The notes under the pieces: model-generated
What the model was told of the DNA's origin: nothing
Database searches by the model: none
Seen by the model: the letters and a program-made list of their open reading frames with translations, nothing else
NCBI GenBank assembly: GCA_964016885.1
Contig: OZ024754.1
Location: 9,982,001-10,046,000, forward strand
Length of the DNA stretch: 64,000 bases
Reading direction: 5' to 3'
DNA from: Eledone cirrhosa
Lineage: Eukaryota
Position numbers and translations under genes: made by a program
In this document: piece by piece, positions 26,878 to 41,299 of the stretch
Position numbering within the stretch: the first letter of the stretch is position 1
Layout of the letters: the number at the start of each line of letters is the position of its first letter

Positions 26878-27106
26878 CCCATAAGGCAGCACAGAGAATG
26901 TCAGAACTGAACCTTTTCTTGTATTTGCGGATCTCCGGTGTATCACTAACAGCTTCAATTGGCTGTGAAGGAGTTACATTGACGTTAATCTGGGACCCCC
27001 GGCGAGATGGGGTCATGGAGCCGATAGTTGAACCAGCTCCAAAACCAAATGCAGTGAAGGATTTCTGGTGGTTCATCGGAGCTTGCTTGCCCACTGCCTG
27101 ACGATA
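26878..27106 (-). CDS. MAP4K4/Misshapen-family exon: [25 protein letters not shown]...[12 protein letters not shown]...[24 protein letters not shown] (start of CNH domain)
   Basis: Acceptor tttcattttag| and donor TGG G|gtaagta. 229 nt, phase 0 to 1. The [21 protein letters not shown] motif is diagnostic of MAP4K4/TNIK/MINK1. Confidence 0.97.
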
Positions 27107-27566
27107 CTAAAATGAAAGACGGGAGAGAGGGATAGGAGAGGAAAGAGGGGAGAAAGATAAGTTTATTAATAGAATATAACCAAACATTTAATAACAAGAA
27201 CAAATAACTGTTTCTACTTTTGGCACAAGGCCACCAATTACCCAGTGCATTACTGGTACTTTATTTCATCGACCCCCGTAAGGAAGAAAGGCAAAGTTAA
27301 CCTCGGCGATACATATATACAATAGGTATGGTGTGTGTATCTAGGTCAGAATAGGTGCACTGAATGTCGTAAGAGATTACTAAAAGGATTGGCATGAGGA
27401 AAGGCATCTGACTGTGAAATCATTCATCAGAAAGGACCCCATGGGGCCAAGGCTAATCTGAGCTTGGCATGGAAAACGACCTTAAGCAACTTCTTGTTTT
27501 ATATCTATATATCTTTGCAAGCAGGGTAAAGTGGACGTAAAATGAAATGATGAAATGATGGATGAA

Positions 27567-27597
<31 letters not shown>

Positions 27598-27600
<3 letters not shown>

Positions 27601-27933
27601 CTTAGTGGTTAGAGCATTGGCCTTGCAATCGAAAGGTTGTGAGTTCAATTCTCAGACCGGGTGGTGTGTTGTTTCCTTGAGCAAGACACTTTATTTCACA
27701 TTGCTCCAGTTTACTCAGCTGTAGAAATGAGATGATAGGGACTGGGGTCCCTATCATTCCACTGCAAAGTGGTCGTGTAGGTGCCACGGCAAAAAAAGCA
27801 CCCAGCACTCACTGTAAATGAGGTTGGTGTTAGGAAGGGCATCCAGCTGTAGAAATCAAGCCAGAATCAATTTCCGTCCCACCCTTGCAAGCAGGGAAAA
27901 GTGGACGTAAAATGAAATGATGATGATGAATGA

Positions 27934-27937
<4 letters not shown>
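27598..27937 (+). mobile_element. SINE family A
   Basis: Same sequence, embedded in (TA)n. Confidence 0.9.
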
Positions 27938-27985
<48 letters not shown>

Positions 27986-28007
27986 CGTTAAACGATGATG
28001 ATGATGA

Positions 28008-28067
<60 letters not shown>

Positions 28068-28071
<4 letters not shown>

Positions 28072-28415
28072 AGGCACATGGCTTAGTGGTTAGAGCATTG
28101 GCCTTGCAATCGAAAGGTTGTGAGTTCAATTCTTAGACCGGGTGATGTGTTGTTTCCTTGAGCAAGACACTTTATTTCACATTGCTCCAGTTTACTCAGC
28201 AATGGAGGTGGAGGTGCCATGGCAAAAAAGCACCCAGCCCACACTGTAAAGTGGGCGTGTAGGCGCCACAGCAAAAAAAAGCACCCACCACTCACTGTAA
28301 ATGAGGTTGGTGATAGGAAGGGCATCCAGCTGTAGAAATCAAGCCAGAATCAGTTCCCGTCCCACCCTTGCAAGCAGGGAAAAGTGGACGTAAAATGAAA
28401 TGAAATGAATGATGA
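28068..28415 (+). mobile_element. SINE family A, rearranged centre
   Basis: Same head and tail; internal deletion plus a duplicated 48-bp unit. Confidence 0.88.
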
Positions 28416-28745
28416 TATATACATATATAAAAAGGTAGAACACTGGAAAGCAATATATGTAGTGGTAGAGCACTCAGTCCATTGGACGAGTTTGGTAGAA
28501 GTAGTAACACAACAGTTAGTTTACCATACTGAGAACAATATATATATATATAAAATATTAGTACGAAATGAAAGATATATACTTTATATCATCTCTATTT
28601 CATTATATATATTTCGAAGATGCAAAGTTTTATGTATAACAGAAAATGTATAATTTTTTCCTGATATGCTGGTAGACAAACGAATTGGACAGATCGATGA
28701 CCACCACGCATCATTTTTTAATTCCATTTTTCCATGCTTGCATGG

Positions 28746-28788
<43 letters not shown>

Positions 28789-28809
28789 GTATAATAAACA
28801 ATACAATAT

Positions 28810-28887
28810 AATTACCTCATTACCAGAGGTTTCCTGAATAAGACGAATACAAGAAACGTCCTCATTCGTTCGTCAGACAAGGCAATT
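28810..28887 (-). ncRNA. Type-I hammerhead ribozyme motif on the sense strand of the host gene
   Basis: Minus strand reads AAUUGCCUUGU-CUGACGA-AC GAAUGAGGACG..CGUCUUAUUC AG-GAAA-CC UCU GG-UA/AUGAGGUAAUU. Stem I is 11 bp (3 G-U), stem II about 10 bp, stem III short, cleavage triplet GUA. Confidence 0.8.
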
Positions 28888-30276
28888 TTCAACGGAAACT
28901 TCAATACTTATATATATATATAATATATATATACAAGGGTCGATTGAAAAGTTTATAGGCTGACTATGAAAGAGTGATGCTAGAGCTGTGAAATCTTGCA
29001 TGCATTCATTTCAACTCCTCATATTAATTTAAAAAAATAAACCTCATTCCATCATTCCATGAGAGTATCTTAGTCAGCCTACTCTCATACATATATACAT
29101 ACATATATATATATATATCTCTACACATATATAACTAGATGGTGTATTGGAATTTAAGTCTGAAATCACTGTAAAACATTGACAATGTATCCCACTGCTA
29201 ACCGACATTTCTATGTGCTACAGGACTACACATGTAATTCAAAGAGCCTGACTCATCATACACAGTGGCATGCTGAGTTCGTGTACAGGCTTCTGTAGAT
29301 TTCTCAGTAGCCCATACTAGACTGCAATAAGTGGCTGTGTTGATGGAATACATGGAACAAACACTCACTAGCAAATCTGAAGAGGGCAGATGAGAGGGTG
29401 CTGCGAAACGCTTAGAAATGACAAATAAAAGATGATTAAGAGAGAATCAACTGAAGATGCCAAACGAAAACTTGGCAGCTTCTAGAAGTTTCTTCAAGTG
29501 ACATATTATGTACACATGATGACGATGTAGAGGACATGATTGACATATCACTGTCAAATCCAAAACACACAAATGTTCTGAGTAATCATAATGTCTTGGA
29601 TTGGTCAAAGACATTCAATAAAGAACTATGTAAAGAATTTTGGGAGTTGGAAAAGAACCAAAAGCAAAAAAGAGAGAAAATACGGTCAGTAAAATAAAGA
29701 GTTAAGTAACATGAAGTAGGAGTCCATTTTATCAATATAATGCAAAAGTGCATTACATATGGAGAAAAAAAATTAACCCTTTCATTGCTCTATTCTTTAA
29801 TGAAAGACAGTCTATGATGTTAAGACTCTTTTCCTACTATATTAAGCATAAAACTAATATATTTCTTCATTCTGTGTTTGCTTTGTTATCTGTTTCCTTT
29901 TTGCATATATATAAACAGCCTACGTTATGTGTCTCTTAATCCATACAATACTGAACTGCCTAAAACCATCCATACAAATCTGTTTATATTTATTGTAAAA
30001 CATTTTATCATAGATTTTATGCAAGAACCTTTGTTAAGTTATGCTCCAAACAACCACCGCCCCCACAAAAAGATTAAAAAAAAAAAAATCCCTCGAAGTT
30101 CTTGATTACTTGAAAATCAAAGGTAATGTCTTTCATTAGAAGTATTGTAATGAAAGAGTTAATTAAAACATCACATGAGCATTGTTGATTGTTACCTTAA
30201 TTATAGGACATTTGGCACCCACATACATATACATACATACAGAAATATACCACATATACATACATGTGGGAATGTA

Positions 30277-30315
<39 letters not shown>

Positions 30316-30367
30316 TTCTATAAAGATCTTTACAAATATTGCTTCAGAATGTTAAAATCCACTTTTT

Positions 30368-31122
30368 ATGATGATGGTGGCTGTGGTGATGGTGGTGGTG
30401 GTGATGGCTGTGGTGATGGTGATGATGGTGGTGATGGTGGTGGTGATGATGGTGATGATAGTGGTGGTGGTGGTGGTGATGATGGTGGTGGTGATGATGA
30501 TGATGATCGTGGTGATGGCTGTGGTGGTGATGGTGGTGATGGCTGTGGTGATGGTGGTGATGGTGGTGATAGTGGTGATGATGATGATGGCTGTGGTGAT
30601 GGTGGTGATGATGATGATGGCTGTGATGGTGGTGATGGTGATGATGGTGGTGATGATGATGATGGATGTGGTGATGGTGGTGGTGATGATGATGATGATA
30701 GCTGTAGTGATAATAATGATGGTGATGATAATGTTAGTGATGATGATGATAGCTGTAGTGATAATAATGATGATGTTGGTGATGATGATGATGATAGCTG
30801 TAGTGATAATAATGATGGTGGTGATGATGATGATAGCTGTAGTGATAATAATGATGATGTTGGTGATGATGATGATGATAGCTGTAGTGATAATAATGAT
30901 GGTGGTGATGATGATGATAGCTGTAGTGATAATAATGATGATGTTGGTGATGATAGCTATAGTGATAATAATGATGGTGATGATGATAGTTGTAGTGATG
31001 ATACCTGTGGTAATAATAATAATAATAATAATGGTGATGATGGAGATGATGGTGATGATGATGATGGTGATGATGATGGTGATGGTGATGGTGATGATGG
31101 TGATGATGGTGATGGTGATGAG
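30368..31122. repeat. Compound (GAT/GGT)n trinucleotide tract
   Basis: Direct inspection; open in several frames. Confidence 0.95.
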
Positions 31123-31385
31123 TAGGAGGAGCACCATTTTATGATGATGTCAGCTTGTAAGATGGACAAGCCATATAACACTTTGGGTAGAAGATTAATT
31201 ACTGAGATGGAGGAAATATCAGCCATAATAAGAAATAATGTTTAGGTGACATTTATGAGAAGTTTCTATGATGGAAGACAGCAGCAAAAAAACATGTCTT
31301 CCTACAGTCTACACACACACATAGTAACACCTATGTGTGTGTGTAGACACACAGATGGATGTGTACACTCACACACACACATATA

Positions 31386-31447
<62 letters not shown>

Positions 31448-31641
31448 TATACATACATACATATATATATATGTATATATTTATATATATATATATGAGG
31501 ACGTACACATACACATATATATATGGATGTGTACACTCACTCACACACACACACATATATATATACACATATGCATATATGTATGTGTGTATATATATGT
31601 GTGTGTGTACACATCCATATATATATGTATATGTGTACGTC

Positions 31642-31677
<36 letters not shown>

Positions 31678-31949
31678 GACGTACACATATACATATATAT
31701 ATGGATGTGTACACACACACATATATACACACATACATATATACATACATATATATATATATATGGATGTACACACACATATATATACACACATATACAT
31801 ATACACATACATATAGACGTACACATACACACATATATATATGCATGTGTACACACTCATATATATACACACATATACACATACATACATTATATATATA
31901 TATATGGACGTACACATACACATTTATATATATATGGATGTGTACACAC

Positions 31950-31984
<35 letters not shown>

Positions 31985-32021
31985 TATACACATACATATA
32001 TATATATATGTATGTGTACGT

Positions 32022-32058
<37 letters not shown>

Positions 32059-32142
32059 AAGTTATATTTAAAATTGTTGGGTTACAACTAGTAAATATTT
32101 ATAACTGATATAAAAGCACTCGACAAATATTTGGAGTATATT

Positions 32143-32279
32143 TACAATATTAAATAAATGGAAAACTATATTTATAAAACCATATTTATTTCATTATATA
32201 TGAAATAAATATGGTTTTATAAATATGGTTTTATAAATATGGTTTTATAAATATAGTTTTCCATTTATTTAATATTGTA
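32143..32279. repeat. AT-rich inverted repeat with a tandem 15-mer expansion in one arm
   Basis: acaatattaaataaatggaaaactatatttataaaaccatatttatttca and its reverse complement; ataaatatggtttt repeated three times. Confidence 0.85.
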
Positions 32280-32589
32280 TATATATATATATAGACGTAC
32301 ACATACACACACACATATATATACACATATATATATACACATATACATATACACATACATAGATATATATGGACGTGTACATTCACACACACACTTATAC
32401 ATATACACATACATACATATATATATATATGTGTGTATATTCACACATACACACACATATATATATACATATATACACACACACATGCATTCATAAATAC
32501 ATACACACACATATATATACATATATACACATACACATATATATATATATACACACACATATATACACACACATATATATATACACACA

Positions 32590-32853
32590 AGGTGGTCGTG
32601 GAGATGCCACGGCAAAAAAAGCACCCAGTCCACACTGTAAAGTGGACGTGTAGGCGCCACGAAAAAGCACCCAGCACTCACTGTAAATGAGGTTGGTGTT
32701 AGGAAGGGCATCCAGCTGTAGAAATCAAGCCAAATCAGTTCCTGTATGAGCAAGGCATGGTCAGCCGACCAGACACTGCCCACAACAGGACAACCTGTCT
32801 AACCCATGCTAGCGTGGAAGAACGGACGTAAAACGGTGATGATGATGATGATG
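32590..32853 (+). mobile_element. SINE family A 3' half carrying an alternative tail
   Basis: Body as family A, then tail ctaacccatgctagcgtggaagaacggacgtaaaacggt(gat)n. The same tail occurs inverted at 55521-55578. Confidence 0.75.
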
Positions 32854-32857
32854 ACAC

Positions 32858-32902
<45 letters not shown>

Positions 32903-33902
32903 CACACACACAATATACACACACCTATATATACACACACACACACACATATATACACTCACACACACACACATATATACACTCACACACACATATATAT
33001 ATATATATAATGTGTGTGCATATATATATAATGTGTGTATATATATATGCTTGTGTATATATATATATAATGTGTGTATATATATATATACACACACATA
33101 CATGTATGTATGTTTATTGATACAAGCATTATTCTTTTCTCATTTTCCTTTTCTTTCTTCACTTAACCTTATTCAGTTGACATGAATATATTTGCATACA
33201 TTATCTTTACTAGTAAATAGAGTGAGTGTGCAATTATTATTTCAGTGAGTGTGTGTATGCATGCATGTATGTGTGAGTGTATGTGTGTGTGAGTGTGTGA
33301 GAGTATGTGTGTGTGTGTGACAGTATTCTGTATGTATATGCACGTGTGTGTATGTGTGAGAGTATGTCTGTGTGTGTGTGTGTATGTGTGAGACTGTGTG
33401 TGTATGTGTACGTGTGTGTGAGACTATGTGTGTGTACGTGTGTGTATGTGTGTGTGTGTGTGTGTGAGACTGTCTGTGTATGTGTATGTGTATGCACGCT
33501 TGTGTGTATGTGTGAGACTATGTATATGTGTGTGTGTGTGTGCAATATATGCACATTTAAGAAACGGCAAAATATATAAATACAAAAGAGGAACCCCCCC
33601 CTCACCTTCTGCTGTCCCCTCCCCCCTCAACCTTCTGCTGTCCCCTCCTCTCCCTCACCTTCTGCTGTGTCCCCCCCTCACCTCCATTTAGCCACCAAAA
33701 TCTAATAATGGCAGCAGAGAAAACTTAACTAAGACCCAGCAATATAGCAACTACAGCTGTGAGAGGGAGGGAGAGAGAGGATAGAGAGAGAGAGAAAGGA
33801 CAGAGAGAGAGGGCATCGAGAGAGAGAAAGGACAGAGAGAGAAAAAAGGACAGACAGAGAGAGAGAGAGAGGATAGAGAGAGAGAGACAGAGAGAGTAAA
33901 AG

Positions 33903-33940
<38 letters not shown>

Positions 33941-34176
33941 ACAGAGAGAGAGAGAGAGGATAGAGGGAGAGAGAATAGTGAGAGAAAGGACAGAGAGGGA
34001 GAAAGGGAGAGAAAGGATAGAGAGGGAGAGAGAGGAGAGAGAGAGAGATAGAGAGAGGGGGGAGAAGACAAAAGGAATGGTAAGGAGAAACAAAAATCAA
34101 TGCAGTTCCCCAATAAGGTTTTTTTTTGCCATATTGCAATTTAGCAACATCAAGGATGAATTTGTAAGAACAAAAA

Positions 34177-34888
34177 TGGTGACGGTAGTGGTGGTGGTGG
34201 TGGTGGTGGTAGTTGTGGTGTTGGTGGTGGTGATGGTGGTGGTGGTAGTAGTTGTGGTGTTGGTGATGATGGCAGTTGTAGTGGTGGTGATGATGGTGGA
34301 GGTAGTGGTGGTAGTTGTGGTGTTGGTGATGGCGGTGGTGGTGATGGTGGTTGTAGTGGTGGTGGTGGTGATGGTGGTTGTAGTGGTGGTGGTGGTGATG
34401 GTGGTTGTGGTGGTGGTGATGGTGGTGGTGGTGGTGGTGGTGGTGGTGATGGTGGTTGTAGTGGTGGTGGTGGTGATGGTGGTTGTAGTGGTGGTGGTGG
34501 TGATGGTGGTTGTGGTGGTGGTGATGGTGGTTGTGGTGGTGGTGGTGGTGGTGGTGGTAGTGGTGGTGGTGGTGGTTGTATTGGTGGTGGTGTTGGTGGT
34601 GGTAGTGGTGGTCGTAGTTGTGGTGTTGGTGATGGTGGTGGTGGTTGTGGTGGTGGTGGTTGTATTGGTGGTGGTGTTGGTGGTGGTGTTGGTGGTGGTG
34701 GTGATGGTAGTGGTGTTGGTGGTAGTACTGATGGTGGATGTGGTAGTACCTGTGGTGGATGTGGTAGTGTCTGTGGTGGATGTGGTAGTGTCTGTGGTGG
34801 TGGTTTTGGCAATGTTGCTTGTGTGGTGGTGAGGTGTTGGTGGTGGATATGGTAGTGTCTGTGGTGGTGGTGGTGGTGGTGGTAGTGG
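34177..34888. repeat. (GGT)n-rich tract, preceded by a (GA)n tract at 33760-34070
   Basis: Direct inspection. Confidence 0.95.
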
Positions 34889-35644
34889 ATTTGGCAGTGT
34901 TTGTGTGTATAAATGTAGTATGTATGTTTATTTGTCAGTTTGTGTAAGCGCATGTTAGTGTATATGTGTGTGTGTATGTGTGAATGTGCATGTGCGTGTG
35001 TGTGTGTGTTTGTTTCAGACTTGTGCTTACAATATAGAAACTATAGTAGTATCCATTCACTGAGACCAATACATAGAACCACACACCAGTGTGCTCTACC
35101 GCCTCACAGGAATTTAGATCTAACTGCATATGAAAAGTTAGGTATATGTAAAGGTTAACATGTATAATAAAACCAGTGTATACATGTGCATGTGTATGTA
35201 CGTGTGTGGGAAAGCGATAGAGCAGGTATGCGTCTATCTGTTTGCTTGTGTTCGTGCATGCATGTGCATAATCTGAATCATTTAAATTTAGAACAGCGCA
35301 TGCAGCTACACATGAAGATGCAAGATTTGTCGTATAAGTTGTTTATAAATAAACACAGCTGGAGAAGCACAGTATAAATAAACCAATATCTTTGTCCAGA
35401 TATAGCATGAAATTATTACCAAGTTGGTAAGAAGTGATATTTAAATCTATTTACATTCTGTACTGGCAGAGCAGGGCTATTTAAAGTATCTGGAGCTGAG
35501 CTCCATCACAACGATGTGAGGATCTTTTACAGTGCCTTAAAAAGCTACAAATACATTAAAGACACACCGTAAGCATCATGCTGTCACTTAATCTATATTT
35601 ACATCACAGTTACTTACAAATATCTAACCCTCTATCAACAATTA

Positions 35645-36265
35645 GTGCCAGTGCCATAACAAATTGCACCCAGTACACTCTGTAAAGTGGTAGCATTGAT
35701 TCCATGATAAAATGCACCCAGTCCACTCTGTAAAGTGGTAGTGTTGGTGCCACGATAAAATGCACCCAGTACACTCTGTAAAGTGGTTGTGTTGATGCCA
35801 CAACAAATTGCACCCAGTACACTCTAACGTGGTAGTGTTGGTGCCATGATAAAGTGCATCCAGTAAACTCTGTAAAGTAATAGTGTTGGTGCCATGATAA
35901 AATGCACCAAGTATACTCTGTAAAGTGGTAGTGTTGGTGCCATGATAAAATGCACCAAGTATACTCTGTAAAGTGGTAGTGTTGGTGCCATGATAAAATG
36001 CACCAAGTATACTCTATAAAGTTGTAGTGTTGGTGCCATGATAAAATGCACCAAGTATACTCTATAAAGTTGTAGTGTTGGTGCCATGATAAAATGCACC
36101 CAGTAAACTCTGTAAAGTGGTAGTGTTGGTGCCATAATAAAATGCACCTAGTATACTTGTAAAGTGGTAGTGTTGGCGCCATGATAAAATGCACCAAATA
36201 TACTCGTAAATTGGTAATGTTGGTGTCATGATAAAATGCACCTAGTATACTTGTAAAGTGGTAAT
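35645..36265. repeat. 48-bp minisatellite (about 13 units), same origin, more diverged
   Basis: Unit gtgccatgataaaatgcaccaagtatactctgtaaagtggtagtgttg. Confidence 0.93.
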
Positions 36266-36742
36266 ATAATGTAAAATATGTCTTGCCTAGAGATGGAAGA
36301 GCAAGTGAGAAAGAAATTTCAATATATGTTTTCCCAACAAAACCATTGAAAGAGAGGTACAATAAAGACTATATATTAGAAGATCAGGTCATGTGAGACA
36401 GTTGGCACCTTTTACTTATAATATCTTCATCTTTTGGCATAATACACATAAAAAAATAATGCTCCTATGTTTTTTATCCTTTGAGACCAAACTATAATTT
36501 TAAAGAGAAATTAAGAGCCATTATTGCTGGGAACCTAGTACAAACAACTGCCAAATCCAAGATTTCTTTAGTTAGGTGATGATGATGATGGAATATCAGA
36601 GATTTTCCACACCAACCATCTTAATAAAAAGAAAAAAAAAATGCTTTCTTCCTCCTTGTGATAAAGATTGCAACATTGGCCTAAAAGAACCAGTATACAA
36701 GACAGAGGAAGCTGGTTCTTTCACCATTGTCATGTCCGCATA

Positions 36743-36806
<64 letters not shown>

Positions 36807-37433
36807 CATATATATATATATATATATATATATACGCATATATATATATATCATTAAAATGATAATATAAAGTAAAACAGTCTTTTAACATAACACAATC
36901 ACCACCACCACCACCACCACTACCACCACCACCACCACCACTACTACCACCACCACCACCACCACCACTATCACCAGAACCATCCTGCCCAGGAAAAAGA
37001 AAAGAATACCTAGAAAAATTAAAAAGTAGAACAAACTCCGATCAATGGAGTTTGTTATTGATTACAAAATGAAATCAATCAATATTAAACGAGTCGCTTG
37101 TTTAAATTGTGTGTTTCTTTGTGTATGTTGGAATGTGGGGGCATATATATATATACACACGTATAAAACACATACTTTTCCTGGCAGTAAAACATGTACA
37201 TACACACATACTCTCTCTTACACACACACGCAAATATACATACATACATACATACACATATATACATACACATATATATATACATACAAACATACATATA
37301 CACACATACATATATATACACACACACACATACATACACACACACATATATATACACACACACACATATAAACACACACATACATATATATATATTCACA
37401 CACACATACAAACATATATACACACATACATAT

Positions 37434-37464
<31 letters not shown>

Positions 37465-37541
37465 CATATACACACATACAAACATACATATATACACATA
37501 CATATATATATACACACATATATATATATACATATACACAC

Positions 37542-37572
<31 letters not shown>

Positions 37573-37663
37573 TATATATATATACACACACATACATATA
37601 TATATATACACATACATATATATATATACACACATACACACACATATATATACATACACATAC

Positions 37664-37696
<33 letters not shown>

Positions 37697-38132
37697 TATA
37701 TACACACACATATTCATACATACATATATATACACATATATATATATATACATACACACATATATACATATGCACACATTCACTTTCAAAGATTAGGAAC
37801 TCTCAGCCTGTCTTTGTCACACACACACACACACTTACATGCACACACATACTTACACATACATACATATACACAATCCAATATGTATACAGGCCTTTAA
37901 TGTTGGTATGCACATGTGCTTTACACACATATTTGGCATAACATACACACACACATCCACATATATATATACATATATATACATACATACATACACACAC
38001 AGACACATATAAACATACACAACACACACACACACATATATATATATATATGAGTGAATCAGGGCCCTGAAGGCTAACTGTATGTTTATGTGCATTACAC
38101 ACATATATAGGCATAATGTATGTATACACACA

Positions 38133-38167
<35 letters not shown>

Positions 38168-38259
38168 CACACATACATATATACACATACACACATATAC
38201 CCCAATATCAAGCTGAAGCAGGATGATGCACATGCATGCACACACACACTCACACATAA

Positions 38260-38722
38260 ATAAACACACACATACACACACCCACTTACACATAAACACA
38301 GGCACATACTCACACACACACATACACACCCACTTACACATAAACACAGGCACATACACACACACACACACACATACACATCCACTTACATATAAACACA
38401 GGCATATACACACACACACTTACACACCCACTTACACATAAACACAGGCACATACACACACATACACACGCACTTACATATAAACACAGGCACATACACA
38501 CACACATACATACACACCCACTTACACATAAACACAGGCACATACACACACACACATACACACCCACTTACACAAACATAAGCACATACACACACATACA
38601 CACCCACTTACACATAAACACAGGCATATACACACACACACATACACCCACTTACACATAAACACAGGCACACACTCACACACATACACCCACTTACACA
38701 TAAACACAGGCACATACACACA
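38260..38722. repeat. CA-rich minisatellite with core cacccacttacacataaacacaggcacata
   Basis: About 11 copies separated by variable (CA)n. Confidence 0.85.
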
Positions 38723-38912
38723 CTCTCAAAACAGCCCCCCCCCCCCCCCCCCCCCTTCATCAACCTTCTCCCCAGCTCCCTTTTATTTACTTATATATTC
38801 TGACAAAGTAAATATAACAAAAATTAATGTCTGAATCAAATCAACAAATAACCCCACGTCTATATTTCATATTTCTCTTTCTAGATTTACTTATTTTCTT
38901 TATTTTATTACA

Positions 38913-38922
38913 AACTACTACT

Positions 38923-38959
<37 letters not shown>

Positions 38960-40838
38960 TCATGTTAGCCCTTGTGGCCAATAAAGAAACCATTATTATT
39001 ATCACTATTATCATTATCAGTACTACTACTACTACTACTACTACTACTACAATTATTATTATTATTATTAATACTACTTCCACTATTACTACTACTACAA
39101 TTATTATTACTACTACTACTACTACTATTATTAATACTACTGCTACTACTACTACTACTTCCACTATTACTACTACTACAATTATTATTATTATTAATAC
39201 TACTACTACTACTAATACTACTACTATTATTAATACTACTACTACTACTACTTCCACTATTACTACTACTACAATTATTATTATTATTAATACTACTACT
39301 ATTATTAATACTACTACTATTATTAATACTACTGCTACTATTAATACTACTACTACTACTACTACAGCAATAACAACAACAACAACAAGACCTTTCTAAC
39401 AATCCTTGCAGTTTTGTCTTTCCATTCTAATCCAATTTTTGACATGAACAGTAAGCCTGGAAGCTGAAGTACACAGGTTCTGGCATCTGTAAACTGTCCT
39501 GCTAGCATCACTAGCACCACTACAACCACCACCACCACCACCACAACCACTACAACCACCACCACCACCACTATCACCACTACAACCACCACCACCACCA
39601 TCACTAGCACCACTACAACCACCACCACCACCACCACCACCACCACTACAACCACCACCAACACCACTATCACCACTACAACCACCACCACTACCACCAC
39701 TGTCACCATTACAACCACCACCAACACCACTGTCACCATTACAACCACCACCACTACCACCACTAGCACCACTACAACCACCACCACCACCACCACCACC
39801 ACCAACACCACTATCACCATTACAACCACCACCAACACCACCACTATCACCACTACAACCACCACCAACACCAGTCACCATTACAACCACCACCACTACC
39901 ACCACTGTCACCATTACAACCACCACCACTACCACCACTAGCACCACTACAACCACCACCACCACCACCACCACCACCAACACCACTATCACCATTACAA
40001 CCACCACCAACACCACCACTATCACCACTACAACCACCACCAACACCAGTCACCATTACAACCACCACCACTACCACCACTGTCACCATTACAACCACCA
40101 CCAACACCACCACTATCACCACTACAACCACCACCAACACCACCACTATCACCATTACAACCACCACTAACACCACTGTCACCATTACAACCACCACCAA
40201 CACCACTATCACCATTACAACCACCACTAACACCACTATCACCACTACAACCACCACCACTACCACCACTGTCACCATTACAACCACCACCACCACCACT
40301 ATCACCATTACAACCACCACCAACACCACTATCACCACTACAACCACCACCACTACCACCACTGTCACCATTACAACCACCACCACCACCACTGTCACCA
40401 TTACAACCACCACCACCATCACTGTCACCATTACAACCACCACTATCACCATAACAACCACCATCACCATAAACACCACCACCACCAACACTACCACCAC
40501 TATCACCATTACAACCACCACCACCATAAACACCACCACCACCACCACCACCTTCATTGCCATCATTACTACTACCACCACCACCACCACTACCATCACC
40601 ACCACCTTCATTACCATCATCCCAAACACCTCTACCACCACCACCACTAACCCTATGTCCATCATCACCCCCACCTCCACCTCTGCCCCCCTCCCCCCAT
40701 CACCTCTGTCCCCACCACCACCACCACCACTGTCCCCACCACCACCACTGTCCCCACCACCACCACTGTCCCCACCACCACCACCACCTCTGTCCCCACC
40801 ACCACCACCACCACTGTCCCCACCATCACCACCAACCA
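38913..40838. repeat. (ACT/ATT)n tract followed by a (CAC)n-rich tract
   Basis: Direct inspection; short unique spacer at 39390-39505. Confidence 0.95.
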
Positions 40839-41299
40839 ATAACATTGTTTCAGATTCAGCCATTTCATGCTAATATGATTACAGTAACTCCATCTCTCTC
40901 TCACTCACTCACTCACTCACTCTCTCTCTCTCTCTCTCAGGCATGAGTGTATAGATGTATATGTGTATGTATGTATGTGTGTGTGTATGTATGTGTATAT
41001 ATGTATGCAAGCATGAGTGTATAGAAGTGTGTATGTATGTGTGTATATATGTATGCAAGCATGAGTGTATATATATATATATGTATGTCTGTATGTGTAT
41101 ATATGTATGCAAGCATGAGTATATATATATATATATATGTATGTCTGTATGTGTATATATGTATGCAAGCATGAGTGTGTATATATATATGTATGTCTGT
41201 GTGTGTATATATGTATGCAGCCATGAGTGTATATATGTGTATACATGTGTGTATATTTACGTATGCAGGCATGAGTGTATACAACTCTATGTGTGTGTG

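Noticed and set aside
29377-29420. ctgaaga..gcag/ctgc..gaaacgc hammerhead-like core on the plus strand
   Set aside because: No stem I pairing around any UH site.
30175-31144. Long Asp/Gly-rich and other low-complexity ORFs (also poly-V/P/H/T ORFs at 34k, 39-40k and 58-59k)
   Set aside because: These are trinucleotide microsatellites open in several frames, with no splice or domain support.
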